A stretch of 59,759 bases of DNA, filler included. It is 7 parts of 7 records of this genome, joined end to end, with 100 filler letters (N's around TTAATTAATTAA, not from the genome) between each part and the next. Parts side by side here need not be neighbours in the genome. Positions count along the whole stretch, not along the records: positions 1 to 20,592 come from SRR31147125_48835; 6 more parts are not named here. One strand, given 5' to 3'. Made by a program: the position numbers and the translations under genes. Below are positions 10,810 to 20,692 of the stretch, in pieces. A model generated the notes under the pieces. The model had not been told where the DNA came from. It saw only the letters and a program-made list of their open reading frames with translations, and did no database searches. How positions within the stretch are numbered: position 1 is the stretch's first letter; each line of letters starts with the position of its first letter.

Positions 10810-11536
10810 ATATTTCTTTTCTAAAATTACCTTCGATAAAAAAGATGGTATAATATGATTTGCTGAAAAACGAATAATTGTATCTCTTCAGATATTTCGC
10901 GATTTCATTGCTCATTAAATCTACCAAATTCAAAGAAAGTATTTCTATTAAAATTATTTTAGGTCTGTATTGTTTTAAATCTAAACTCTGTATTACCTCA
11001 AAATCGTGTCCTTCTACATCTACCGATAGAAAATCAATTTCTTGTGTCACGGGAATATTCTCTTTCAAAATATTTTGTAATGTGGTAGTTTCAAGTGTTG
11101 TCGTATTTACAATTTTATAATTCTTTTCTCCATCTCTGTTTAGGCTTAACTCTTTATTAAAACCATTAAGAGCCGGTTCGTTAAACTGGTAATATGTAAG
11201 TGTTTGAGGATGATTCGAGATTGGGACTTCAATATTAATGTCTCTTTTTCTTGCTTTGTTAAAACGTTTCATACTTCCGGGCATAGCATCAATATTAATA
11301 CCCGACCAACCGTTTTTATAAAAAAAATTAGTATTTGAAAAACGTTTTGGGTGATGAGCCCCTACATCAATGTAGAATCCATTACTTTTCGCTTTAAAAA
11401 TGCGATTAAGTATCATGTCTTCACCTTCTTGCGAATACGATATGTTATAATACTTTGGTAGAAATGAGTTTTTTATTTGTCCTATGAATAAATAAATATT
11501 TGCAGGAAGAATACATCTAAGAATTTTCTTTAGCAT
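10802..11536 (-). CDS. FkbM family methyltransferase
   Basis: SYSQEGED, GFYIDVGAHHP, SNT, GWSGINID, IDFLSVDVEGHD. Confidence 0.9.
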   Translation of the reverse strand: MLKKILRCILPANIYLFIGQIKNSFLPKYYNISYSQEGEDMILNRIFKAKSNGFYIDVGAHHPKRFSNTNFFYKNGWSGINIDAMPGSMKRFNKARKRDINIEVPISNHPQTLTYYQFNEPALNGFNKELSLNRDGEKNYKIVNTTTLETTTLQNILKENIPVTQEIDFLSVDVEGHDFEVIQSLDLKQYRPKIILIEILSLNLVDLMSNEIAKYLKRYNYSFFSKSYYTIFFIEGNFRKEIYD

Positions 11537-12848
11537 TATTTGTGTGTAATGTGAATATACTTCTATTTACTTGTCTAAACAGACCTCTTGTTTTGGGAAA
11601 TATTAATAATCCAAAATAAGATGCCATTGAATACGAAAAGAGTGTTGCAATGGCAGCACCCATAATTCCCAATGGTTTAATTAAAACAAGATTAAGAATA
11701 ACATTTGTAATAGCACCCAAACCTGTTATTACTGTAATATGTAGTTGCTGATTATTTGCTATTAACCATTTATTAATTACAACACCTGTATAAACAAAAA
11801 CGGAGGCCCATATGTGTATGCTTAATACCTTGTCTGCAGAAATATAAGCTGAGCCATATAAAATGTGAATAATCCAATTACTTAATAATGAAACAGGAAT
11901 GGCAAGCGTTAAGGCAAGCAAGAACATAAAACGAATAAGCTTATTAAAACGCGAGTTAAAAAGGTTTATGTCTGTTTTTCTTGCATTTAAAAGTGCCGGG
12001 AATAATGAATTGGCTATTACCATTGGAAGAAAGTACCATGCCTCGGTTAAGCGAACAGCAGCAGCATATTCTCCTACTTCAGTATTGCTTAATAATAATT
12101 TAAGCATTATTTGGTCGATACGCATATAGATTGATATAACAACTCCCGACAAAATCAATGGCCAACTATATTGTAATAATTGTTTTGCCATAATTTTTGA
12201 AACTGTCCATTTTTTAAATGAGTATCCGGATTTGAAATAATAATAAACCAGAAGTGACGATTTTATTAGTGGTTCCGCGATAACAGCTATTGCAAACCAA
12301 TGTAGTTTAGCTTCTGTTATAATAAGTGTTATTCTTATCACAGAAAATCCAACTAATCCGAAAGTGCCTGCTAAACCTGAGTACTTAGCTTGTACTTTAG
12401 ATTGAAAAAAGAAATTGATTATTTCAAAACTTGAGAATAATTGTCCTATGGCAATAATCATTACAATTAATCGCTCATAGTTCGATATGGGAATTGTTAT
12501 AAGAACAATATAAACAACAATTAAAACTCCTAATGTAGCTACTATCCGAAGAAAAAATGATGTTCCCAGTATCTCATATGTATGATGAGGTTTATTTACA
12601 ACTTCCCTAACTAATATATTGTCCAGTCCAAGTTTATTAAAGGTGCTGAATAGGGCAACAAAACTTAAGGCAAAACTTAAAATTCCAAAATTTTCTGGTT
12701 GAAGGTATCGGGCTACCCAAATACTAACAAAAATTCCCAGAAAAAGGCGAACTAATTTGTCGGTCATTAGCCAACCGGTATTTAAAAAGTACTTTTTAAA
12801 TCCCGGATTTTCTTTAAGAGAAATAATTTTAGCTATTATATTTTTCAA
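11517..12848 (-). CDS. wzx: Wzx flippase (second copy)
   Basis: Multi-TM MOP-family protein: WVARYLQPENFG, IYMRIDQIML, VGEYAAAVRL, GIMGAAIATL. TTG start. Confidence 0.9.
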   Translation of the reverse strand: MKNIIAKIISLKENPGFKKYFLNTGWLMTDKLVRLFLGIFVSIWVARYLQPENFGILSFALSFVALFSTFNKLGLDNILVREVVNKPHHTYEILGTSFFLRIVATLGVLIVVYIVLITIPISNYERLIVMIIAIGQLFSSFEIINFFFQSKVQAKYSGLAGTFGLVGFSVIRITLIITEAKLHWFAIAVIAEPLIKSSLLVYYYFKSGYSFKKWTVSKIMAKQLLQYSWPLILSGVVISIYMRIDQIMLKLLLSNTEVGEYAAAVRLTEAWYFLPMVIANSLFPALLNARKTDINLFNSRFNKLIRFMFLLALTLAIPVSLLSNWIIHILYGSAYISADKVLSIHIWASVFVYTGVVINKWLIANNQQLHITVITGLGAITNVILNLVLIKPLGIMGAAIATLFSYSMASYFGLLIFPKTRGLFRQVNRSIFTLHTNNAKENS

Positions 12849-12975
12849 TGAGTAATTTTTGAAGGAAATAGTATGAAGAAGAAGGTTGAACGGAAGGCAT
12901 ATCTTGTTGTTTGATAATATATTCTTTTTTGAAATGATTATTTCTTACCAATCGTATTACAATGACAATTGATTG

Positions 12976-13229
12976 TTACCATTTCCTTTTTAACTTAATT
13001 ATTGGTTTGTATAAATGTTTTCCATCTTTTATTATGCCAAAGTTTGAATGATACCAGGCTCTTTCGTGTAGATAGTAAAGGGCAATTTTAATCAAAACAT
13101 CGGCAGCTCCAATTGTTATCCCAATATCGAGGTTTCCAGTTACAATCCATCCAATAATAAACGTGGTTAATGACGCAATAATTCTGGAGTTATGGCTTTA
13201 GCTAAATGTCTTCGTGGTAATACTGACAT
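12976..13229 (-). CDS. Small DUF2061-family membrane protein, with a one-base indel near 13185
   Basis: Manual translation MSVLPRRHLAKAIT[x]RIIASLTTFIIGWIVTGNLDIGITIGAADVLIKIALYYLHERAWYHSNFG matches the DUF2061 pattern (KAITWR...YYLHERAW). Missed by the ORF track. Confidence 0.75.
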
Positions 13230-13352
13230 AATTTTTAATTCAGTGATAGTCTTTTATGAATAATATAAAATAGAAGATAAAGAAATAGTTATACAATTAA
13301 ACAACACTCAAAGTATATCATAAAATTGTAATGTATTATATTTGAAATTAGT

Positions 13353-13967
13353 TCAAAGAATTTTAGTTGGATCGAAACTAATTTCAGGTAATATCTTCTT
13401 TAACATCTCGCGAATTGTATCTTCTACATTGGATTTTGTATTATCAACTTCAATAAATGGTTTTATTGGTTTCTCGAAGGGAGAAGATATTCCGGTAAAG
13501 TTTTTTATCTCACCTGTACGAGCTTTTTTGTATAGGCCTTTCGGATCGCGTTGTTCACAAATTTCGAGAGGGGTGTTTACGAATACTTCCAGAAAATCAT
13601 CTTCGCCAACAATTTTTTTAGCCAAATTACGCATTTCGTTGGTTGGACTGATAAAAGCACAAATTAATATGATGCCACAATTCATAAATAATTTACTAAT
13701 CTCTGCAATCCTTCGTATATTCTCTAATCTATCTTCCTCAGTAAATCGCAGGTTTTTATTTATTCCGGAACGGACATTATCTCCATCCAGAATCTGGCAA
13801 AAATAGTTCAATTCAAAGAGCTGCTTTTCTAATAAACTGGCCAAAGTTGTTTTTCCGGAACCTGAAAGTCCGGTAAACCAAATAACTTTCCCTCTTTGTT
13901 TCAGGTAAATCTCTTTTGCTTGTCGATCTTTAATTTTATCGAATGTGGTATAAATATGATTATTCAT
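13353..13967 (-). CDS. cysC: Adenylyl-sulfate (APS) kinase
   Basis: WFTGLSGSGKTT, LDGDNVRSG, DRLENIRR, FISP, CEQRDPKGLYKKAR, FTGISSPFEKP. Confidence 0.97.
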   Translation of the reverse strand: MNNHIYTTFDKIKDRQAKEIYLKQRGKVIWFTGLSGSGKTTLASLLEKQLFELNYFCQILDGDNVRSGINKNLRFTEEDRLENIRRIAEISKLFMNCGIILICAFISPTNEMRNLAKKIVGEDDFLEVFVNTPLEICEQRDPKGLYKKARTGEIKNFTGISSPFEKPIKPFIEVDNTKSNVEDTIREMLKKILPEISFDPTKIL

Positions 13968-14016
13968 TATATATCTATTTTTATCTTAAATGTGAACGAG
14001 AAAAATGGGGATTTGT

Positions 14017-14811
14017 TTATCTTACAATAAAATGCGGATTTAATAAATCTTCTTTATTATATCTGAGTTCGCCACTGAAATCTGTTAGCCAGAGCTTTTT
14101 TCCTGCTGCGTTTGCTATTGCATGTCCTGCGGCCGTATCCCATTCCATTGTAGGGCCAAAACGTGGATATTCTTCTGCAACTCCTTCGGCAACCATACAT
14201 ATTTTTAGTGAACTCCCTTTGGGGATAATTTCGATCTCGGAATAGTCCTTTTTTAGTTTGTTTATATGGGCCTCAGTTTCTTCGTTCATGTGAGAGCGAC
14301 TTCCAACAATTCTATATGAATCAGATTGTTTACTCAACGGTAGTTTATGCGCATTTTTTAGTATATAATCCAAATTACATACACTTTCTACATTCTCAAG
14401 TTTCCAGGCACCATATTGTTTTGACCCAAGATATAATGATTTTAATACAGGAGCGTATATAATACCAAGCTCTAATATTCCTTCGTTAATTAGAGCGATA
14501 TTTACCGTAAACTCACCATTTCTTTTAATAAATTCTTTTGTCCCATCTAATGGATCTACAATCCAAAATGATTTCCAGAGTTTTCTCTCCTTATATGGTG
14601 TAATTTCGCCTTCTTCACTTAAAATTGGAAAATTTGTTGAACTTAATTGTGAAACTATTGTGTCGTGGCTTTTTTTATCCGCAATTGTTAATGGAGAATT
14701 ATCTTCCTTTGTTTTTAATAAAAGATCAGTCTGTTGCTCTTTATAAATATCAAGTATCTGAATACCTGCATTTATTGCTGCTGAGATTGCTTGGTTTATG
14801 ATTGATTTCAT
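14017..14811 (-). CDS. cysQ: 3'(2'),5'-bisphosphate nucleotidase
   Basis: KEDNSPLTIAD, ILSEE, VDPLDGTKEF, GSRSH, GSSLK, YPRFGPTMEWDTAAG. Confidence 0.97.
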   Translation of the reverse strand: MKSIINQAISAAINAGIQILDIYKEQQTDLLLKTKEDNSPLTIADKKSHDTIVSQLSSTNFPILSEEGEITPYKERKLWKSFWIVDPLDGTKEFIKRNGEFTVNIALINEGILELGIIYAPVLKSLYLGSKQYGAWKLENVESVCNLDYILKNAHKLPLSKQSDSYRIVGSRSHMNEETEAHINKLKKDYSEIEIIPKGSSLKICMVAEGVAEEYPRFGPTMEWDTAAGHAIANAAGKKLWLTDFSGELRYNKEDLLNPHFIVR

Positions 14812-14849
14812 TTTGAATATTAGGATAAAATATTATAAAAAAAACAATG

Positions 14850-15746
14850 CTAATCTTTCCATAAACTTTTTTGCGAATTATAATGTTTTTTGAAAAAAAA
14901 CAATTTATGAACTAGTTTTAGTAACGACTTAAAATTTTTAAGATAGTAACTAACATTGAAATTGCTTTTACTAAAACTAAAGTTGCAATAGGACAGTATA
15001 AAATAATATTTAGAAATGCTTTTGTCATTAAAAAAACGTTCTAGTGTTTTATGGTTTATTAAATAGCTTCTACGTAAGAACTTTTTTGATTCATTGGTTA
15101 AAACACGATCATTTTCAATTTTAAAGATCTTGGCTTTCTCAACAATATTTATCATTCTTGATTTTTTTACTAATTGGTTTGTAGATATCAAGAACATTTC
15201 GTAAACCCCCCAATCAACATTCCTATATTTATTGATGGAGTGTAATACGTCGGTATTTAAAATAAAATTTTTATCAAAAAATAATAAGTCAAATCCAGAA
15301 GATATCTCTCTCTGAGATGGCGTATTTTTGTTTTCAAAATCGTTTATGCTTGTATAAGTAAGATGAGGGTGTGATGTGCCGATATAGTTCTTATTACAGC
15401 TATCTGCGATAAGAGCTAGAAAATGATTATCCAGAACAATGTCGCAAGTGCACCATATAAATGCAAAATCATCAAACTTCTTTGAATAATTAATTCCATT
15501 GAGCACAACATCTGTTAAAGAATACCTATGACCGTTTGGAGGAGAGGACTCTATAAATATGCTATCAAATTTATATTCTTTTACAACCTCTTGAACATTT
15601 TTTTCTCCAAAAAGAGTAACTACGAGTACGAAATTTTTATATGTTTGATTTTCAATGCTTTTTAAAAATAGTCTTTGAATGTTGTCATTCTCAGAACCCT
15701 TAAAATCTCTAAATGTTGTACAGATTATTATCTTTTTGTTTTCCAT
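14850..15746 (-). CDS. Hypothetical protein, probable divergent GT-A fold glycosyltransferase
   Basis: IIICTTFR...FLKSIENQTYKNFVLVV resembles a GT2 N-terminus. IWCTCDIVL sits where the DxD motif normally lies. Confidence 0.55.
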   Translation of the reverse strand: MENKKIIICTTFRDFKGSENDNIQRLFLKSIENQTYKNFVLVVTLFGEKNVQEVVKEYKFDSIFIESSPPNGHRYSLTDVVLNGINYSKKFDDFAFIWCTCDIVLDNHFLALIADSCNKNYIGTSHPHLTYTSINDFENKNTPSQREISSGFDLLFFDKNFILNTDVLHSINKYRNVDWGVYEMFLISTNQLVKKSRMINIVEKAKIFKIENDRVLTNESKKFLRRSYLINHKTLERFFNDKSISKYYFILSYCNFSFSKSNFNVSYYLKNFKSLLKLVHKLFFFKKHYNSQKSLWKD

Positions 15747-17071
15747 GGTATTAAAAACAGACTTAAAAAAGTTATGGTTGCAATTTTCCTGGCGTCTTTA
15801 AAAATAAAAGGAGTAAGTATTGTTCCAACACTTAAAGTAATTATTGTTGATATGGCAGCACCTTTCGCTCCGAATAGGGGTATGAAAACATAATTTAAAA
15901 CAATATTTATAATGGCACTAAGTACTGTTATTAAGAGTTGAAGTTTCTGTAAATTATTGGATATCCAATACTTCCCTTGTGCAATTCCCAAACTTGCAAA
16001 AATTCCGCCCCAAATATGCAAGGTTAAAATACTGGCCGATTCTGCGTATTGGACACCATAGAGTAAACGAATTACAAAATCGCTTAAAAATACTATTGGA
16101 ATTGCAACACACAATGAGATTACCGTTAATAATCGAAACAAGTCACTAAATTTGCGATAAAATAAATCGGTATTTTCATTCTTGATTCTTAATAATGAGG
16201 GAAATAAAGATGAGGCAATAATAAGGGGAATAAAATACCATATCTCGCTAATTCGTGTCGCTGCAGAATAAATGCCAACTGCTTTATCTCCTCCCATTTC
16301 CCCGAGCATAATCTGATCTATTCTCATGAATAGAGCAACTGCAATACTTGATAAAATAAGCGGATAACTATCATTTAGTAATCTTTTTGCCAATCTTAAA
16401 TTTGATTTCCAAAGAGCAATTGGGCTAACTTTACTATTGTACAATATAAAAAGCGATAGCGCAACCAGAAAGGCCTCAAAAGAATAAACAAAAACAAAAA
16501 ATAGCAACGGCGCTTTTGACAGAATTAAAGCTACCTTGGTTGCTGCTACAAATAAAAAAACTCCATTTTCAATCCATACAATAAACTTCGATTCTACTCG
16601 GGCCTCAAACCAATAGCGAATAACATCGCTGGCTTTAAATATTAGAGAAAAGCCAATAATTGCGATAATTATTTTAGATAATTCATCATCGGGTCTTAAA
16701 ATATTAATCGAAATTAAAACAATGATAAAAGCAACTAAGCCTCCCAATAAACGTAATTTAAAACCAGTTCCTAAAACATTTGGAGCTTCTTCTGGACTAT
16801 TAACCAAATCGCGTACTATAATTTCCTTTAATCCTAAAGTAGCTATAGCTCCAAATAAGCCTACAAAAGCCAAAGCGTAATTGTAAAGTCCGAACTGTTC
16901 GGGGCCAAGATACCTTGCAACCCAAACTCCTACTAGGAGACCAACGCCCATCCTAAGTAATTTGTCTAAGAATAACCAGCTAATGTTGTCTATAATTTTA
17001 AACAACATTGGATGTCTTTCCAGTTTTTCTTTTAAGTAACGTGGTAAATATTTTAAGATTTGATTGGTCAA
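15728..17071 (-). CDS. wzx: Wzx flippase (first copy)
   Basis: NISWLFLDKLLR, WVARYLGPEQFG, FMRIDQIMLG, VGIYSAATRISE, GAKGAAISTI. Confidence 0.9.
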   Translation of the reverse strand: MTNQILKYLPRYLKEKLERHPMLFKIIDNISWLFLDKLLRMGVGLLVGVWVARYLGPEQFGLYNYALAFVGLFGAIATLGLKEIIVRDLVNSPEEAPNVLGTGFKLRLLGGLVAFIIVLISINILRPDDELSKIIIAIIGFSLIFKASDVIRYWFEARVESKFIVWIENGVFLFVAATKVALILSKAPLLFFVFVYSFEAFLVALSLFILYNSKVSPIALWKSNLRLAKRLLNDSYPLILSSIAVALFMRIDQIMLGEMGGDKAVGIYSAATRISEIWYFIPLIIASSLFPSLLRIKNENTDLFYRKFSDLFRLLTVISLCVAIPIVFLSDFVIRLLYGVQYAESASILTLHIWGGIFASLGIAQGKYWISNNLQKLQLLITVLSAIINIVLNYVFIPLFGAKGAAISTIITLSVGTILTPFIFKDARKIATITFLSLFLIPWKTKR

Positions 17072-17133
17072 TTATGAAAAGAATGTTGCAACTTTAATTT
17101 GCAGTCAAATGGAACAGTGGTGATTTAATCTCT

Positions 17134-18252
17134 TTATTCTTTATTTTGTTTAAAATAGGTTAAAAACTGTTTGCCCAAAACCCAGCCAACACCTATTGTC
17201 ATTCCTAGAAAAATCCATAATACAAGTATCAATGGTCTGTTAGGTGCCGATTTGGCAAGTGGAATAACTACTGGCTTAATAACTGAAAAAACAGGAGTAT
17301 CTTCTTTTATTCGAATCCGAGCCTGTTCTAATTGCTGTGCAAGTTCTGAATATACCTCAAATGCTAATTGATACTCGCTATGCAAACGTTCTTCTTGTGT
17401 TTGAGCCCTTGCTGATGTAACATTTCTGTTTTTATCCCGAAATGCAGCTAATTCAACCTGTGCTTTTTCAAATTCATTTTTGCGTTCATTATAACGACTT
17501 TCTATAAAACTAAATTGGGCTGTTGCTTTTTCAATTTTATAATCAGTAATGTATTGTTGCAGAAGTTTTTGTGCTTCATATGTAATCTCTGCTGCAATGT
17601 TTTTCTCATGAAAAATTGATTGAAGAGTTATGTATCCTTCTTTATCGTTCATTTTTAGCGTCAAATTTTTAGCTAAAATTTCTCTTACTCTTGCCTGATT
17701 GGCTGAAAGCATAATGAGGTGATTGCTTTTGTTGTTATCATTTTGAGAAAGAGTGTCGTTTGGTGATGATTTTAGCAATCCTAGAATTACACGAGGAAGG
17801 CCAATTGTGAATTTTTTAATTGTAGATAATGCATCAGGTTTGTAATGAGTAGTATAATATTCTAATAAAGATATTGGTTGCTCAATTCCTTCAAATCGTA
17901 TAGGACTATTCATTAAGTCTAGTTGAAAAGGTATGCTTTGAACAATTTGTGGGTAGATATAGGGTGATAGTTCGCTGTTGGCATTAGTCATATCCATTTT
18001 AAAACCAGCCATAGCGGCTAAAGACGATAATCCTCCCATTTTAGAGGTATTATCAGATACCTGGGGTACCATGGTGGTTGAAGCTGTATATTCTTTGGGC
18101 GAAAGAATTGCTATTGCCAATCCAAAACATGTAAATAGTATTACGGTTCGTATTATAAATTTACGAGCTTCCCAAATGGTTTTTGCCAGTGCAATAAGAT
18201 CTATTTCGTCTTCAGCTACTTGATTTGTTTTATTTTCTTTTTTCTCTGTCAT
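17134..18252 (-). CDS. wzz: Wzz/FepE chain-length determinant
   Basis: Likely start MTEKK at 18252. EDEIDLIALAKTIW, first TM, GLSSLAAMAG, coiled coil, FSVIKPVVIP..SAPNR and a C-terminal TM. Confidence 0.88.
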   Translation of the reverse strand: MTEKKENKTNQVAEDEIDLIALAKTIWEARKFIIRTVILFTCFGLAIAILSPKEYTASTTMVPQVSDNTSKMGGLSSLAAMAGFKMDMTNANSELSPYIYPQIVQSIPFQLDLMNSPIRFEGIEQPISLLEYYTTHYKPDALSTIKKFTIGLPRVILGLLKSSPNDTLSQNDNNKSNHLIMLSANQARVREILAKNLTLKMNDKEGYITLQSIFHEKNIAAEITYEAQKLLQQYITDYKIEKATAQFSFIESRYNERKNEFEKAQVELAAFRDKNRNVTSARAQTQEERLHSEYQLAFEVYSELAQQLEQARIRIKEDTPVFSVIKPVVIPLAKSAPNRPLILVLWIFLGMTIGVGWVLGKQFLTYFKQNKE

Positions 18253-18280
18253 TTTCTTCGTATTAAACTCGTTCGCTTTA

Positions 18281-20590
18281 TTAAAAAACTGCTGCAATAG
18301 CAATAGCCAACGACGAAAGCGTACTGGTAATTGCGAGCCAACGGCCTGTATTCTCACCGGTTTTCTCCGGTTTTTCAGGAACGATAATCTGGCTGCCGGG
18401 TTTTACCTCGGGGTAATTTTTAAAAATAAAGCTTTTGGTAGAGGAGGTATAGCCGTTAGCATATTGTACAAAAACTTTGCGTTTTAAGGCATTGGTTTCG
18501 AATCCACCAGCTTTATCAATATAATATTTTAATGATTTCCCATCTTCGTAACTCACAGAGAATGGATTGTTTACGTTACCTGATATTTTAACAGTTCCAG
18601 TATACTGCGGAACATTAATAACGTCGCCATTCTTAATTAGCAAGTCTTTTCTGCCTCCCGGAGTTTCTAGTATCTCTTTTAAATTGATTGCAATATTTTC
18701 GAATCCCAGTTCTTCAGTGTTACGTTGCAGTGTTGCTCCTTCGGTAAAAGCATATGGTGTAATTCCTTGCGCCAGTTCAATTATATCAGAAATGCGTTGT
18801 TTTTTATTTCGTATGGCATAAACACCGGCATAGGTAACTTCTCCTGAAACTGTAACGACCCCCTGGTCTCTGTATCCGGGAGCGCGTTTAACAGAGATGT
18901 GATCGTATGGTTTTAATCGAAAATTATCGAAAGAACTGTTTATGCCCAAGTCACGTGAAGCATTTACTGTAAAAACGTGTACCAGGGTATCAGTTAGTCT
19001 GGTCGCTTCTTTATGCGATAATCTTCTTGATATTTCGATAAATGTACTATCGGCTGCCTCGGTAAAACCTCCGGCCATAAAAATTACATCGGCGGGGGAG
19101 AGTTTGTCTGACCATAACATCTGTCCGGCATTTACAACTTCTCCATCAATAGAAACATACGGTTGTTCACCAATATCAAAATGAGATTTAATGGTTATAA
19201 TATCCTCTGGCTCTAACAGAATATTGTCTTGTTTTAAAGCTACTTTTCTTACGTCGAAGGCAATTGCTGTTGTTGTAAGGTCATTGTTCTGACGGGTTAT
19301 TAATCCACGATTTAGAAATGCATCTTTTGTAAGGCTGTCGGCTTTTAAAATGAGGTCGTAAAGTGTCATACCTTCTTGCCACTCATATTCTCCCGGATGA
19401 TAAACCGAGCCCGAAATGGTAACGCGGTTTTCGTATATATCTATTACTTCATTATTTTTTATTGTGTCGCCGGTTTGTAGTAGGGTAGAAGAGTATTGTG
19501 ATGCAGCAACATCAATAATTCTTTGACGGTATTGAGTGTTTCTTACAATCTGAACTTTAGAACGAAAAGCCTGTGCAGTGAATCCTCCGGCATATTTTAT
19601 TAACATGTCCAGTTTTTCGTCATCCTTTAGTTCAAATATACCGGTACGTTTAAACTCTCCTGTTACCTCAACTTTTTTTTCTGCAGGAGGAATGAAAATT
19701 ATATCGTTGTCGCGTAATACTATGTTGTCGGGAGCAACTCCGTTTAAAAGGAAATCATAAACATCAACATTTTTAATAATCTTATTGTCGCGAATAACAC
19801 GAATATCGCGTAAAGAACCAATCTCATTTGGGCCACCCGACAAGTAAAGTGCGTTAAATACGGTTGCTGTTCCCGGTAGGGTGTATGTTCCGGGTGTAGT
19901 AATTTCTCCAACCAGATTTACTTTTATAGAACCAAGCTGCCCCAGGTTAACTTGTGCAAAAGTACCCGGATTTTCTGAGGCCATATCGGCATAAATAGAA
20001 CTGAGACGCTGTTTAATTTTGTTTTGGGCTTTGTCGAAGGTTAACCCTGCTACATACACCGGGCCAACATCAGGTATCATAATCTGCCCGTTAAGATTAA
20101 CCGTTAACTGGTAATTGTTTTGCGAATTTCCCCAAATACTTATAACCAGTTCGTCGCCAATATTAATAATGTAGGTTTTGGGAGTTTGTACATTTACCGA
20201 TGGTTCAAAGGTTAAGTTTTTATTGTTGAATAAATAAGAGCCAAATATGGTACTTTCCTCTTCTATTTCTTCTTCCATTTCAAAATCTTCTCTTCTGGTA
20301 AAATCAGATTCTCTATTTTTCATTGTGTCAGAAGCTGGTAATCCAATATTTTGAGTTTCATCAAATTCACCATCAACCTGAAGTCTTTCTTCCAGCTCCG
20401 AAATTTGTTGCTCGCTTGCTCCTCTCTGGCGGGCAAGTTTTTTTGCCTGTTCCTCGGTAAGTCCTGATTCCTCGAAAGCTTTTTTCGCTTCTTCTATCTC
20501 CGATTGTGATAATGATTTAACTTTTACATTTTTAATATCCTGTGCACTACCACCAAGGGTAATAAATAGCGCAAAACTAAAAATGAGAAA
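18281..20590 (-). CDS. wza: Polysaccharide export protein with multiple SLBB domains (Wza/KpsD-like), 5' truncated at contig edge
   Basis: Poly_export motif IFGSYLF...YIINIGDELVISIWG and repeated V.V.GEV..PG.Y SLBB units. The frame stays open upstream of 20323 to the contig end, including a signal-peptide-like FLIFSFALFITLGGSAQ. Confidence 0.88.
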   Translation of the reverse strand, partial: FLIFSFALFITLGGSAQDIKNVKVKSLSQSEIEEAKKAFEESGLTEEQAKKLARQRGASEQQISELEERLQVDGEFDETQNIGLPASDTMKNRESDFTRREDFEMEEEIEEESTIFGSYLFNNKNLTFEPSVNVQTPKTYIINIGDELVISIWGNSQNNYQLTVNLNGQIMIPDVGPVYVAGLTFDKAQNKIKQRLSSIYADMASENPGTFAQVNLGQLGSIKVNLVGEITTPGTYTLPGTATVFNALYLSGGPNEIGSLRDIRVIRDNKIIKNVDVYDFLLNGVAPDNIVLRDNDIIFIPPAEKKVEVTGEFKRTGIFELKDDEKLDMLIKYAGGFTAQAFRSKVQIVRNTQYRQRIIDVAASQYSSTLLQTGDTIKNNEVIDIYENRVTISGSVYHPGEYEWQEGMTLYDLILKADSLTKDAFLNRGLITRQNNDLTTTAIAFDVRKVALKQDNILLEPEDIITIKSHFDIGEQPYVSIDGEVVNAGQMLWSDKLSPADVIFMAGGFTEAADSTFIEISRRLSHKEATRLTDTLVHVFTVNASRDLGINSSFDNFRLKPYDHISVKRAPGYRDQGVVTVSGEVTYAGVYAIRNKKQRISDIIELAQGITPYAFTEGATLQRNTEELGFENIAINLKEILETPGGRKDLLIKNGDVINVPQYTGTVKISGNVNNPFSVSYEDGKSLKYYIDKAGGFETNALKRKVFVQYANGYTSSTKSFIFKNYPEVKPGSQIIVPEKPEKTGENTGRWLAITSTLSSLAIAIAAVF

Positions 20591-20592
20591 CC

Positions 20593-20692
20593 NNNNNNNN
20601 NNNNNNNNNNNNNNNNNNNNNNNNNNNNNNNNNNNNTTAATTAATTAANNNNNNNNNNNNNNNNNNNNNNNNNNNNNNNNNNNNNNNNNNNN
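20593..20692. other. Artificial contig spacer (44 N + TTAATTAATTAA + 44 N)
   Basis: The identical structure recurs six times. The 12-mer has stop codons in all six frames. Confidence 0.99.
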
